A stretch of DNA of 62,128 nt, filler included, from Platydemus manokwari (taxonomy: Eukaryota): assembly GCA_037951405.1 (NCBI GenBank). It is 5 parts of 5 records of this genome, joined end to end, with 100 filler letters (N's around TTAATTAATTAA, not from the genome) between each part and the next. Parts side by side here need not be neighbours in the genome. Positions count along the whole stretch, not along the records: positions 14,317 to 26,749 come from JBBMOY010138899.1; positions 26,850 to 44,264 come from JBBMOY011088853.1; 3 more parts are not named here. One strand, given 5' to 3'. Position numbers and translations under genes: made by a program. Shown piece by piece: positions 14,441 through 26,851 of the stretch (positions are counted from its first letter, which is position 1; each line of letters starts with the position of its first letter). The notes beneath the pieces are model-generated. The model saw nothing but the letters and a program-made list of their open reading frames with translations, had not been told where the DNA came from and searched no databases.

Positions 14441-16449
14441 TATAATAGCTGTGAGGATTTTAAAATGAAAGTGATGATTTCTAAAAAAATAATTTAAGCG
14501 ATTTTATAATCCTATGTCAAATGAAAGTTTGCTTAAATAATTGTGGTTAAATATAGCACGGCGCCTTACAATAGCAATGATAACATTGAACGACAATGAT
14601 CAACTCTGTATTGAAATGCGTTAAGTAAATATTGGCATTAATGGAACACAAAATGCAAATTTGTAATTTTGCCTTAAAAACATCTCCTTAAAACAATAAT
14701 CATTTTTAAACTCTTTGGCAAAGTTTCCCTGAATTACACGATGGGTTTGATACAGTGCAAATCATTATAAAATTGAACTCTTTGATTAAAACATCGATAT
14801 TTCACCTGTTTATGTCGTGCAGATCCATTTAAGGCTCCTATTTTATTGATCAAACTTTATTTTAATAATTATCAATACTGGTTTCAAAATTATTTTCCTG
14901 ATTCTAATTATTAACGAAAACAATGCCATTATCATTCTCATTATTCTATTTCGGGTGAATTCTCTTTCAAAATTTGATTTCTGACTTTATTCAATAACTG
15001 ACATCAATAATTTTAATCATTTCCTAACATTGTTTACTCTCTAAACGTCTCAATGTGAGAATTATTGATAAAATTTATTGACTTGGATAGAAAGGCTGAT
15101 ATTTTTCAGTTATTCACTTCAAAAGTTGACACCATCAAAAGTGCTTTCGGTACTTCCAATTGATTTCTTCGGTGTATTACATTTTAAATTTCCTGTACTG
15201 TATCTTTCTCCATTAAGTTCTCAAAAATAATTCAAAATCGTTATGCCTTTCAATCACACCGAATATATTCATTGCGCTTATATCACAATGTCTTTTGCAT
15301 TCTGCTGTTAAGTCACTACTTCTACATCTACATTACTAATTGTTATACATATATTAATAATAATAATAATAATAATTCAATAATAATATTATTAGTACTA
15401 TTATTATTGTGGTAAAATTGAGGATATTGAAGAAATGAAACCTATTAAAGTCTTGTTTCAAAAACTATTTATGATAAGTTTAATCTTGATAACGTTGGCA
15501 TTATTTAGAGATCAAACAATAAAATAATTACAAGCTCCTGTAAATCAAACTTTGTAGAAGTAAAGCTATATCAAAAGTAAAATGTCTGCACCATTTAGAA
15601 TACCTGCATAATACCGATCCATTTAACACCGATAATCAGACACCAGTTTTATTCTTTATTTATTTTGGGTATCTAATTATCTGACCCTAACTTGGCTCTA
15701 AATATATCCCATATATCTGATTTACATCACGGTAGAATACTATTCTTCTATTTCCGGAATGCATATTTTAATGTTTATGGTAAAAAGTATGATAGAACAC
15801 CTACTAGAGTTAATTAGCAATATCGATACCGGACTACTTCAGGCCATACCATTCGTATCAAGCGCATTCTACGAATACTGCAATATGCTTTCAAAAGTGA
15901 CAGCATATAAATCAATCCAACGATACAATAACTGATATCTTACGCTTACACTGCGAACATATTTTGTACAGTATAATCACAAACCATAATTTGTTGCTTG
16001 AAATAGAGGTTATTCACAAATTCATTCTGCTGTTCTCATGGATTGATGTAACGAACCTCATTAACCATGAGGAACGTTTTATTATATTTGCTTTTTTCTC
16101 AACTATTGCATGTCAAACTATTATATTCATTGCATTGCGATTTTCTATATTCAATTTTGCTTTGTAATAGAAGCCGACTTACACTATGCTCAATATTGAT
16201 TTTCCGAATCTATTTCGTAACTAAATTTTTTGGCTCTGTACTCAGATTATGAAAATATATGACAATAATAAATTACTGTGAGCCGCTATTGTTTCATAAA
16301 ATATGCATTGAAAAATGGCTTGAAAGTCATCACATACAATTATATTTAATAATATTTATTTAAATGAAACTAATATTTTTAAAAAAAAATATAAAGACAT
16401 TTACGAAATCATCAATATTTCAAAATTCTCACAAAAATAAATATATTTA

Positions 16450-16700
16450 CATCGACAACCTTGGTATGAGATCGGGATGTCATTTTTCTACTCTAATCAG
16501 GTGTTACTTGATCAGGTTTGCTCTAAAATGCTATTGTTGAGTAAGATGAAATTCTGCAAAAAGAAAAATGGAATAGTACCTTAGAACCCTTATTTAAACA
16601 CTTTAAACATTTCCATGTCTACACAATCATACATACATAGCATCCAGCCAATCATAGTTGAGTTAGATGGTAAGCCACAATTGGAAAATGAGGCATAACT
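16450..16700 (+). mobile_element. Degenerate Gypsy RNase H-like remnant
   Basis: Broken frames give SKMLL..., FKHFKHFHVYT and PANHS*VRW, in the order of the Gypsy RH motifs SRKL / F.VYTDH / RL.RW. Confidence 0.3.
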
Positions 16701-19109
16701 ACTCAACAACGCTCACGTAGGGATTGACCAATCGCATTCATACAAAAACTTAAAAACCCAATAAGAATATGGAAAAGCAAATACCAAATGAAAATATGAT
16801 ACAATATAACACGAAAAATTACACACAGATCGCAAATATAAAAGTTGGTGTAAAGTATGCCACTATTCCGAATATTGATTCGCATAAATTGTCCATGAAA
16901 TCATCGATTATTATAAACATTCGATAGAACTTAAATAAGGTCTTTATGATCCCGATTCAAGTATAGAAAACTAGAAAATTGTTTTGCAATAATAATTGAT
17001 AATGATATCACAGTTTTAGTGAATTTTCTTTTCTTTCAAAGCAATGTCCTTTGATATGCCCTGTGATTAAGGTTCATTCTTCTTTGGACAAACAACGACC
17101 ATTGTCAATCTGAAGATATTCGTATTCATCAGCAACGCTAGTAATAATTCTCTATCAAGTTAATATATTTTAAAATCGATTTTGCGCTTAATTCCATGGT
17201 TTATCTAGCTGATTTTCGCTTATCTAAATTTATATGATATAAATTTCATATGACAATCTTAATATCTCATTGAGGAGCACTTAAATTAATCCCCTCTTCC
17301 TACATCAGTCGAGAAATATTCTTTCTGGTTTCAAAGATTCCTTTTAAAATTATCCTATTGCATATGATTTCTCAACTAGTATTTCATTAGTGTTTCCGGA
17401 TCATGATTATTGGTTAATCTCATATTGATATTTATTAAAATCAGCTTAATAGCAACTACAAATCCATTCATAAAAATCATGGATTTTACGGTTTAATTTG
17501 AATTAAAATTATTAAAGAGGAATTAAAAATGTTTTATTTATATATATTGTTATTGTTTCCTTGGATTTCATTGTTATCTTCACTGATTCTAAAGGGGCTT
17601 CAATAGTGAGCGTTGGCAACTGCACTGTTGGAAATTACTTGACTGAATTATCTAAGAATAATGTCATTTGATAATAATATTCGATGATGTTACTTATTTA
17701 TCAATAGTATATCTCTGCAATGCTGTTAATATTGCTACAACCATTATAATGAGACTAGGATTAATCGATATAACCCCAATTAAACCTCTCAATTAAAATT
17801 TGATTGTTAGATTATGTGATAACTTCCGTTGTCAAACCTTCTCTATAATCGAGAACAAAGCTATCGATATGCAAGGATTTATTTAAGAAGAAATTTTTAA
17901 AAAAAACAATAATTTGAAATAATACGAAAAGTATTATTTTATGTCCAGAGCAGTTTGAAATTAGGTTACTGAAAATCCGAAATCGGACGAAGAAAAAGTT
18001 GAAAAAGAATATTTAGTTGACAAGGACCAATTATTATCAAACCAAAGATATTTGCACAATCATATATTGATTGGGTTATTTGTATTTAATTGGACGTGAA
18101 CGAATGAAATCATGTCAAATAATATCAAATAAGTAAACAAACAACTTTACTCCTATCTTCAGTAGGAATAAAAGTCAAATCTCTTGAAATCGAATAAGTT
18201 CCTCGTGACAATTGTTTAAATAAGAATTCGGTTTTATCAATCAATCAATAAATTCAATTGATTATCAATGTCATTTAATGTTTATCAATATCATCAACTG
18301 TTTATTGAAATCCTTGATTGTATTGTAATGAAGGGAGGCTGTGGATTATTTGCTGGGTTTATTGATCGAATTATTGGATCAGTTTTTCTCATCTGTAGTC
18401 AAGGTGATTTTGTTATGTGCTTATATGGAAGCGGTTGCTATGTATTGCATTCTGTTAATGGATAATGTTTATTTGCCTTTATTTAGCTGATACACATGCA
18501 TGTTGATTTGGTTGATGTATTTATTATATAAAAATGTGTTGCTTGATGAGTGGGTGCTCACAATAAAATTTTCAATAAATTATCTATGTATTTAAAAATA
18601 AACTTTAGAATCCGTCAAAATCTGTTTTATAACATTATATTAAAACATTATATACAAAAGAATAGTACCAATACTAAATTGATATAATATAAGATATTTT
18701 AATATAAGACAGGCACCATTTTATCACATTGTATTTAGGCATAAACGAAAATAAAGTCAACACAAAACGAATAATATTTCAAAAACATATCCTGAAAAGT
18801 TGATGCTTGAAAACAAGAAATAATTATGCCGAAATTAGATTGATGTTTTACTAAAATTTAAAAACGAAATAAAAAAAGAAGAATTCCGCCGAATAAATAG
18901 ATTAGTCAACGGATCTTGGCTTATGCTGTTGTCTTGTCCCAATGAAAATGATACCACTGAAATTGAATATCTGAAATTCAACTCTTGATTTTTTTATGAT
19001 AATATCAATTGTTGATGGGGATTAAAATTTCAAAAGACTGCGATATTTTTGATGAAATAAGTGAAAATAATTAGTTGATTTTTTGAGTAATACATAGATA
19101 AGATCAATA

Positions 19110-19710
19110 GAAATTTTGGCTTAAGTTCAGAAAAAGGGTTCTTTGACCTACTTTCGTTATAATCAATTTTTGCTCATGAGATAATTTTATAACTTAATTT
19201 TATATATAATTCCTATATTTGATTTTTTGTATAATTCAGTTGATATCTCATTTTTTAAGGTGTCTAATAGTGCTAAAACGTAGTTTTAAAATTAAGTTCC
19301 CTTTCTAATCACAACACTTCTATATAATTGAGTTTCTAATTTGAGTTTCTAAATTTAAATTTTATAATTATAAATAGAGTTAGTTAATTACAGACATGTT
19401 TAATAATATCATTGGTTATTTTTATAAAATAATTGTAAAAATTGAGAATATCTCTCAATTTGTTTCTAATGTTAAAAAATGGGTCTTCGCTAATTTTCAA
19501 TAAATTGCAATTCGACCTACTTTGATCCGTTTTTCAAATAATCAAATTTTAGGAGATTTTTAAGCTCTAGTCAATTTAATATTTGATTTCAAACAACTAA
19601 AATTCTTCTTAAGTACTTCAACAAAAAATTCAAAATGTTTTAAAGAATTTAATTAAATAAACTATATAGAATTTTGAAATACGCTCAACAAATTTAAAAT
19701 TTAATTTTCG
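19110..19710. repeat. Unclassified interspersed repeat, copy 2
   Basis: Same orientation as, and colinear with, 1185-1770. Confidence 0.85.
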
Positions 19711-20581
19711 AATCCTTTTTACAAACTTTAGCCGAAGGTTCTCTTTAAGTTCTTCTGAATATGTGCGATTCCGTAAAATTTTCAAAAACCTGTTTAAAAT
19801 AATAAAATATTGATTGAATTTTATGAAAGATTATCAAAGAATTTATTTCAAAAATTGTTTCCTCGATTGATAGAGTTTGCAATAATTATTTGATATTATT
19901 GATCTTGATCATCCGGAAAACCATTGGATCCGAAGATGGGAATGAGAATTTTTCCCAAAGTATAATATAAGCAATATAATATAGGGGATTTTGAAATGCT
20001 TATTCTTATCGCTTACTCATTTGAAGATTCGCCTTTTAGTTAGTTTTAAAACTGAAAAATCGTTGTTTTATGGTGATAAATATAAATCTCTCTCTCTTAT
20101 AAACTTGTAAGAAGCTCACCGAAAATAAAGCTAGCTTAAAATATACAATTTCAATAATAATATTCCTAAAAAATTGAGTATTTCCGTTTTGATTCCATTT
20201 ATTCTCTGGAAATTCTAATTTAACACTTACAAAAGTGAAAGTTCAGATTTGATACAAAGAAATACTGTTCTATATAAAACAGCTCCAAGTATGCTGTAGG
20301 ATAAAACATAAGTGAAAGTAAAGTTTTGTTTCAGACGGTCATCTTTTATATTTTTAAAGAGAATTTTAAAATATTAGGTTAAATTTCTTTTACATGAAAT
20401 CGTTATCACTGAATGTTCTGTACATGATTTGATTAAACATGTATTGATTTTATTATTGATTTTAATGAAAATCGATGTATAAAAGCACTTAAAAGAAAAT
20501 TATCTATAATCTAATTTTATGAAAGAAAATTTATATTTATTATTTAGCGACTGTTTTGTTACAAGAAAAATAAATTGAAGT

Positions 20582-22636
20582 AGTTATTGTGAATATCGAT
20601 TGTTGTTTAAATGTCGATTATATTGCTTATTTTTTAAATAAATAAATAAAGTGTAAAGCAACTTCGGACCTTGTTCATACTGGCAACCACTACGAAATGA
20701 ACTTTCAGACGAGAGGCAACAGAACATTTTTCTCCAGCTAGAGGAATCAAGGAGATATTGAACAGATATTCTCTGTTTTTGGACATGACACCCACAATGC
20801 TGTTATATGGTCACAGATAACCAAGGATTTTAACTGATTTAAGTAAATGAAGCCTTTGGGAGAAGATGTCAAACAACTTTGACGGGAATTCATTAATTGC
20901 ATAGAAGCCATTATTCTTGAAAACTTTTTCTGATTAAAAGACAGAACGAACAACGTGTACGTCTAGTTAGCAATTCTTCAAATGTCTGGTAAGAAGAATG
21001 ACTCCCGTGTATGGAGACTTGTAATCCTTTGGGAAATACTACGTGATTATTTCATTTTCAAAGATTATATGAAATTACATTCCGAAATTTGAGTCGAGAA
21101 CTTGAAAGTAAAAATGAGAAGTCAAATTAAGTCGAACCGTTAAAATCAGTCACGAAGTCATATGCCCAGATGTCGTACTAAAATATCCCAAAGAAGTATT
21201 TTAAAATCAGATTTACAACAAAATTATATAAGAGATAAAATTTGATTATAATAGCTCCCATTGTATGCCAGTTGACCAACAGGAGTTACAAATAGGGCGA
21301 CCTAATCGGTTCATGAATGCAATCAAGACAAAATGTATGGGGTAAAGAAGGCAAAACAAAAAGGTGCTTTATCAACACTGTTGATCACTCAATTGTTAGC
21401 AACAACGAGCTGAGAATGATTCAAAAAATTGATTATGAAAAGGCTGTAGCATCCAAAAGTCAATTTAGAAAAAAACCATGGTGTATAATAAGAATGAAAG
21501 GGGCCACATTATTATACTGTATTGTAATTTGCAGGAAATAACAACATAGATTCATGAAGAGTAATATCAGTAAGGATTTGGTGGATTAATTTCAGAATAT
21601 CTATTTCTGACCAAATATTGAAAATAAGGTTCGGAAATATGATATTTGCATAAAAAGAAATACGAACTAAACATATTATCATTTTATAGAAAACTTTTGA
21701 CATTTTCGAATAGACTGTTGATGATTTTTCTCATTTGGGAGAATTTATCACCAAAGCCTAGTTTCTTTTAGTTATTGTTGGTAGATTCAGCAAGCTATTA
21801 AGTTTAGTATCATCTGTCGGAAGATGTGAGATCGCTATATCCAATTTTATTCTGAATAATTGGATTTATATCCACTGTAATTCATGACCAGCACTTACGG
21901 ATAAGGATATAGTTTTTAATGGAAAAAGATAAAAGAATTTTCTTTACGATTTGGAATAAAACAAGAATGTTTGCTGTCGGAGAAGAAATTTCAGTAGATT
22001 TTAGATAGAACTGCACAAAATTAAGAAAAACTGATTTCGATATGAAAGTCATTCGTGAATTTAATTTCTAATTCCTCACCAAGTGCTTAATAACTTGGCA
22101 GGCCAACTCAAACCTAGAAGAATTGAATTATTTAGAAAATCTTCAATAGCGATCAGAAGAGGATGTTTGATATTTGTTATAATATAATCCATGTCGGTTA
22201 TTTTTTAAAATAGCAAATAAATTTCGTTCTTACCTAGAAAGGGAAGTAATTCAAAATGATAAAAATTCTAATTTATATTAATTTGATTGGAGGATAAATT
22301 TAAGCATAATCAAAGGTTTTCATTCTTGGGCGGTTATGATATGTCTTGATTCCTTGACTGAAATAAAGATATTATTGTAGAAACAACCTTGTATTTAATC
22401 AAATGTGAAATAAATCACTAGATTCGCACTAAGATTAATCCTATTTTATTCATTATTCGATAAGTTATCCAAAGCGATTTTTTATTGATTTTCTGTCATT
22501 TATCTTGAAACTAAAAGGACACTTTAATGGGGAAGGTATTTATAATTCACATGTGACAGAAGTTATTGATTTTTATCAGATAGTCTAATAAAATGTAAAA
22601 CATATCAATGTAAACGATAATAATATCGGTTCATAC
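20582..22636 (+). mobile_element. Old degenerate Gypsy-like LTR element, relative of 53387-55939 (gag-PR-IN remnants)
   Basis: Candidate 5' LTR 20582-20681 (AGTTATTG...GTTCATACT, 100 bp) followed by PBS-like TGGCAACCAC. Gag-region DNA ttgggagaagatgtcaaacaactttgacgggaattc matches ttgagagatgacgccaaacaactgtggcaagaattc (~53701). Integrase DNA at ~21720-21870 (ggagaatttatcaccaaagcc...ttattgttggtagattcagcaagcta) matches ~55220-55380. Candidate 3' LTR 22561-22636 (AGTTATTG...GGTTCATAC) is weaker. Confidence 0.65.
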
Positions 22637-23461
22637 AAAATATTGACGGCAATACAAGTCGATATATTTATTCACTCAACAACAGAGTGAAAATTTAGTC
22701 TTTTAGTCTTAAGTTCATCAAAAAATGTTCTGAATTCGGTAAGAATCATTTATATGAGAGAATTGCGGAAAGGAATTGTTTCGAAATTTCCAATCGATCT
22801 TGAACGAACTTGGAAGATGTAAAAAACAATAAAATCCAGTCGTGGCATGACAATGATAATTAAATATTTCATGCTGCACCCAATTTTAACAAATTTCCTT
22901 TCGATAGAATTTATCGACTAGCATGCTTGATATTCTTGGAAAAGAGCCAAGATATTTGGTTTAATAATAATTCGAACCAACTTTAAGAACATCATTTCTG
23001 ATCTGATTTCATTCATTAAAAAGCACATGTTATAATACTGATGTTATATCATATTATATTTTGTCAACAATTTAGATTTATAACATTAATTCATCTACAG
23101 ATCTCTAATTTTTTCAATGATTTCAATTAAATGATAAAATATTTTCGTTTTGATAAATAAACTGCAGCTACTTCTTATCTTGAACTTGTATTGCATGTAA
23201 ATATATTTTGATAACAAGCTGTTTCGAAAACACACATTTAAGGTTGACATTGCGGATCTCTAGCTATTTTATAAATTATTAATATATTTTATACTCATTC
23301 CAAGAAATATGGAGAACTGTTTTATCATTGTTTTATCTTTAGTTATAACAGATATAAATTATTAAGTTATAAAATTATAAACATTTCTTTAACAAAAATT
23401 CAATTCATATTCTTTCAAAAACAAAATCATAATAATATATTTATCGATAGTTTTGTTACTA

Positions 23462-24164
23462 TAGGATTGGAACGAAAATCTTATCCGATAGAAAATGATA
23501 TTGATTTAACCAATCAAGAAAATATGTATATTGAGAAATATAAATAAAACATCATTCATCTGTAAATCTGAAATGTTAAAAATAGTTACCTTTAAGGTCC
23601 ACACACTTTCGCTAGCGTTCTGGAAGTCGTTTTATGCCGTTTTCATAGAATCTCGCAGGTTTTGAAGCGAATCACTTTTCAAAATCATCGTTAACCTCTT
23701 CAACGGAGTAGGTTTTCCCACGAAGTAGGCGAAAACAAGCAATAGTCTGAATGAGCAAGGTATTGGAAGGAGAACCGTAAAACTGATCTCAGCATGGTTA
23801 TTTTGAGTAAATCGTGATGTATACGGTCGAGCGTTATCGTGAACGAAATTGGATTTTTCAAAACTGTCTCCACACATCCGGGGCGTCTTTTCTCGAATCT
23901 TATCTAAAAGATTATTCACTTAAGTGCAGTAAATTCCTGCGTCATGTTTTTCCTGGACGAAATACATCACACGGGAGATTTGTTTTCACATCCCAAAACA
24001 TAGTTGCAAGTTACTTTTGTGTTGTCAAACATCGACAAATTGGTATTGTTGGTTGATCACGGGCACCTTACCAAGATCGGTCGTGATATGATCGATTGGT
24101 ATTGTTCCAATATTGGTTAAATCAATATTATTTTATATCGGTCAAGACTTTCTTTCCAATCCTA
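23462..24164 (-). mobile_element. Mariner (Tc1/mariner) transposon, internally deleted, 703 bp
   Basis: ~53-bp imperfect TIRs TAGGATTGGAA(C/A)GAAA(A/G)TCTT..CCGATA.AAAAT.ATATTGATTTAACCAAT at both ends, each flanked by TA (23460-61, 24165-66). Minus-strand transposase remnants K*LATMFWDVK and FVHDNARP. Confidence 0.92.
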
Positions 24165-24955
24165 TATTATTGTGTAACAGAAAGGTTTTAAGAAATCTTA
24201 CACATTTTAATATTATTATTTTATGATAAATCAATAGATTTTCAAGAATGAAATTGCACAATAAAATGATTTTTATTTATATTTAATAATAACAAAATAA
24301 ATAAGAATAATATCAATAATAATAATAAAGATATTAATACAATGATTGTGAGGAGTTTAAAATTTTACTAAACTATTTTTAAAAAATGAAATCGGATATG
24401 AATTTACTAAAATTGATTTAAATTTTTTATTAAATAGATTTTTGGTTAAATTTATCTATGCGTTTCAAATTCTTATTTAATAGAACGTTAGTAGCTGAGA
24501 TGGAGACCACGCATTTGGATTAGATTCTGAGAAGATCAATATTAGGATGGCATGAAAGAATAGAATTCCATCAGGAAGTCATCATATAAAATAATGGAAA
24601 ATTTACGATGCAGAAAGAAGGATTTTAGTAAGAAATTAAGCATATTTATAAAATAAGTGCGGATTATTATGTGAAGAAAATAAAAGATTTTATAAATAAT
24701 TTCGAAATATTTTCAAACGATATAATTTGTTTGAATAATATGGTTAAATATCTTAGGTTTAAATTCTAAATTTTATTAAATGAAATATTAGCTACTGACT
24801 ATAGTAATGCGATAATTGTAATAATTTTTTTGTTAGTATTATATCAATCATAAATGATCTAAATAACCAACTTTATTATCAATATAAAATGAAGATTAAA
24901 GTGTTATTTTTTTTTGAAAATCATTTTCGACTTTTAATTCCCAAATCTTTCTCAG

Positions 24956-25558
24956 TCTACTCAAGTATCCGGAATTTTTGATTCAGAATTGAATCTGTCT
25001 CAAATCCCTGACAACATATCGAGTTCTATCGTGAATTTTGATAAGCCCTTCGTTAATAGTTATCTATACAATGACACACCACCGTACAATTCATTCGTCG
25101 TTCAGAAAAATCCTCGTAGTCCTCCCAGTGGCCAATCTTGTTCCAGTCAGGAAACAAGTGTCATCAATCCCAATTTAATTCCAAAAAACATCCTTGTGTC
25201 CGTGAGTGATAATTCATATTCCATGTACAATACATCAAAGATTAACAGTAATTATTGCATCACACCACTTGCCCCACAGATGGTTCGTTTACAGAACACC
25301 ACACGATATTTATGTCCTACTTTGGAACCGGAGAACAATCTGACATTAAACAATTATATTGGTAATCTGATTCCCATTCCCTTCTCATGTAATGATCCAT
25401 GTTGTTGTCTTAATGTCTACTCAAAGACCCAATTGACATCAACTATTCAAAGTGATTTGTCAAAATCATCAACCATATCTCCACATTCGAGCCTAATCGA
25501 ACCGAATCATACTTGTACGTGCAAATGTAACATACAATCGATAAATACTTTTGTTTGA
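24956..25558 (+). CDS. Terminal coding exon of an unidentified gene (Ser/Asn/Pro-rich, Cys clusters)
   Basis: Acceptor tctttctcag ends at 24955, followed by a 200-codon open frame STQVSGIFDSELNLSQIPDN...CNDPCCCLN...HTCTCKCNIQSINTFV*. A frame this long is unlikely by chance in DNA this AT-rich. No family is recognised. Confidence 0.6.
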   Translation, partial: STQVSGIFDSELNLSQIPDNISSSIVNFDKPFVNSYLYNDTPPYNSFVVQKNPRSPPSGQSCSSQETSVINPNLIPKNILVSVSDNSYSMYNTSKINSNYCITPLAPQMVRLQNTTRYLCPTLEPENNLTLNNYIGNLIPIPFSCNDPCCCLNVYSKTQLTSTIQSDLSKSSTISPHSSLIEPNHTCTCKCNIQSINTFV

Positions 25559-26851
25559 ATCGAGCAAATGTAAAACTATTTTGTATATTTTTTATCGACA
25601 TTGTTCTATCAATGTCATGAATTATTATTTTTTGTGACAAGTAAACACAAACCTTACAAATCGATGACGTTCTCTTGAATATTATATATTTTTATCGTTA
25701 TTTTTTTGAGAATTTTATATAAAGAGAGATGGAAAGAGAATCTAAAATATGAGATAATAAAATCAATTTTATAAAACTATATTTATGGACGATTGTTTAT
25801 TCTAATTGTTTATTGTTGTCATGAATATTATGTAAACATTGGAACGATTTTGCATACAACACATTTTGGTTATCTTTTACATTCATTCGTTTTTGTCGTT
25901 GATTGTGTTTATCGATAAAAATATTGACAGCAATAATATTTATTCATCTCTCATGATGATTTGATGAATACGATAATTATAGCCTACCTTTATTGCAAGA
26001 CTGAAGACATGGAGTGTTGAGGGTTTCCAATGGTTATCATTTCGATATTTCATTGGTGAATACACGAACCTATTCGAACGAAGTAATTCTAATTTGGGTT
26101 TCTTAGAATGGAGAACTAATATAATTAAACTTGGCATATTTTTTGTATGTTTTCTGCAAAGATAAACTCGAAGTTTTTACATGATGTCTATTATTTTCTT
26201 CATCCTCGAAAGTTAAATCAGAAGTATTTTTATCAGAACAATAATATATTTATATATTATTACATCAATTTTAAAACCAATTTTAAAACCAAGTTTCAAA
26301 ATTAAACATTAGTCTCATTAGGTTTGTTTAAATTTTTTTTATCAAAATATAAAGATTCCCGCATTTTTATTTTATATCTGTTTTTAACTAAAAATTTTAA
26401 TTTTATGTTAATAATTTTTATACTGAGAGTTTAACAGTATTATTTAGTGAGATCCCTGGCCTTTATAAATACTAATTTGAACATAATTTTTAAATAGTTT
26501 TGATATCATGTAAATTTTAATTACGTATAGCATTTTCAAAAGATAAGTTTGTTGTAAAATCAACCCCACGATGTGGATTAGCAAGATCATTATAAATGTA
26601 CTTTATTCGTGTATCTTAATGAGAATTTGCCAATCTTTATCAGATATATAAATATTAATAGATGTAAATAGAAACATTTTAATTGAAAATATAAAAATAT
26701 TTAAGAAATCACTTCATATTAAATAATAAATTATTTAATAAAATATCAANNNNNNNNNNNNNNNNNNNNNNNNNNNNNNNNNNNNNNNNNNNNTTAATTA
26801 ATTAANNNNNNNNNNNNNNNNNNNNNNNNNNNNNNNNNNNNNNNNNNNNAC

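Noticed and set aside
14500-16240. Scattered Gypsy pol/integrase-like peptide traces on both strands
   Set aside because: Too degenerate to delimit or classify by eye.
24490-24630. RTE-LINE-like LRW..H...ILGW trace
   Set aside because: Needs several frameshifts; insufficient support.
25940-26620. Candidate terminal MAP4K exons downstream of the gap (26153-25987; ~26616-26525)
   Set aside because: Open frames with splice-like ends, but no convincing match to the expected VVLESRP...SNLYIL end; the true exon may lie in the gap.
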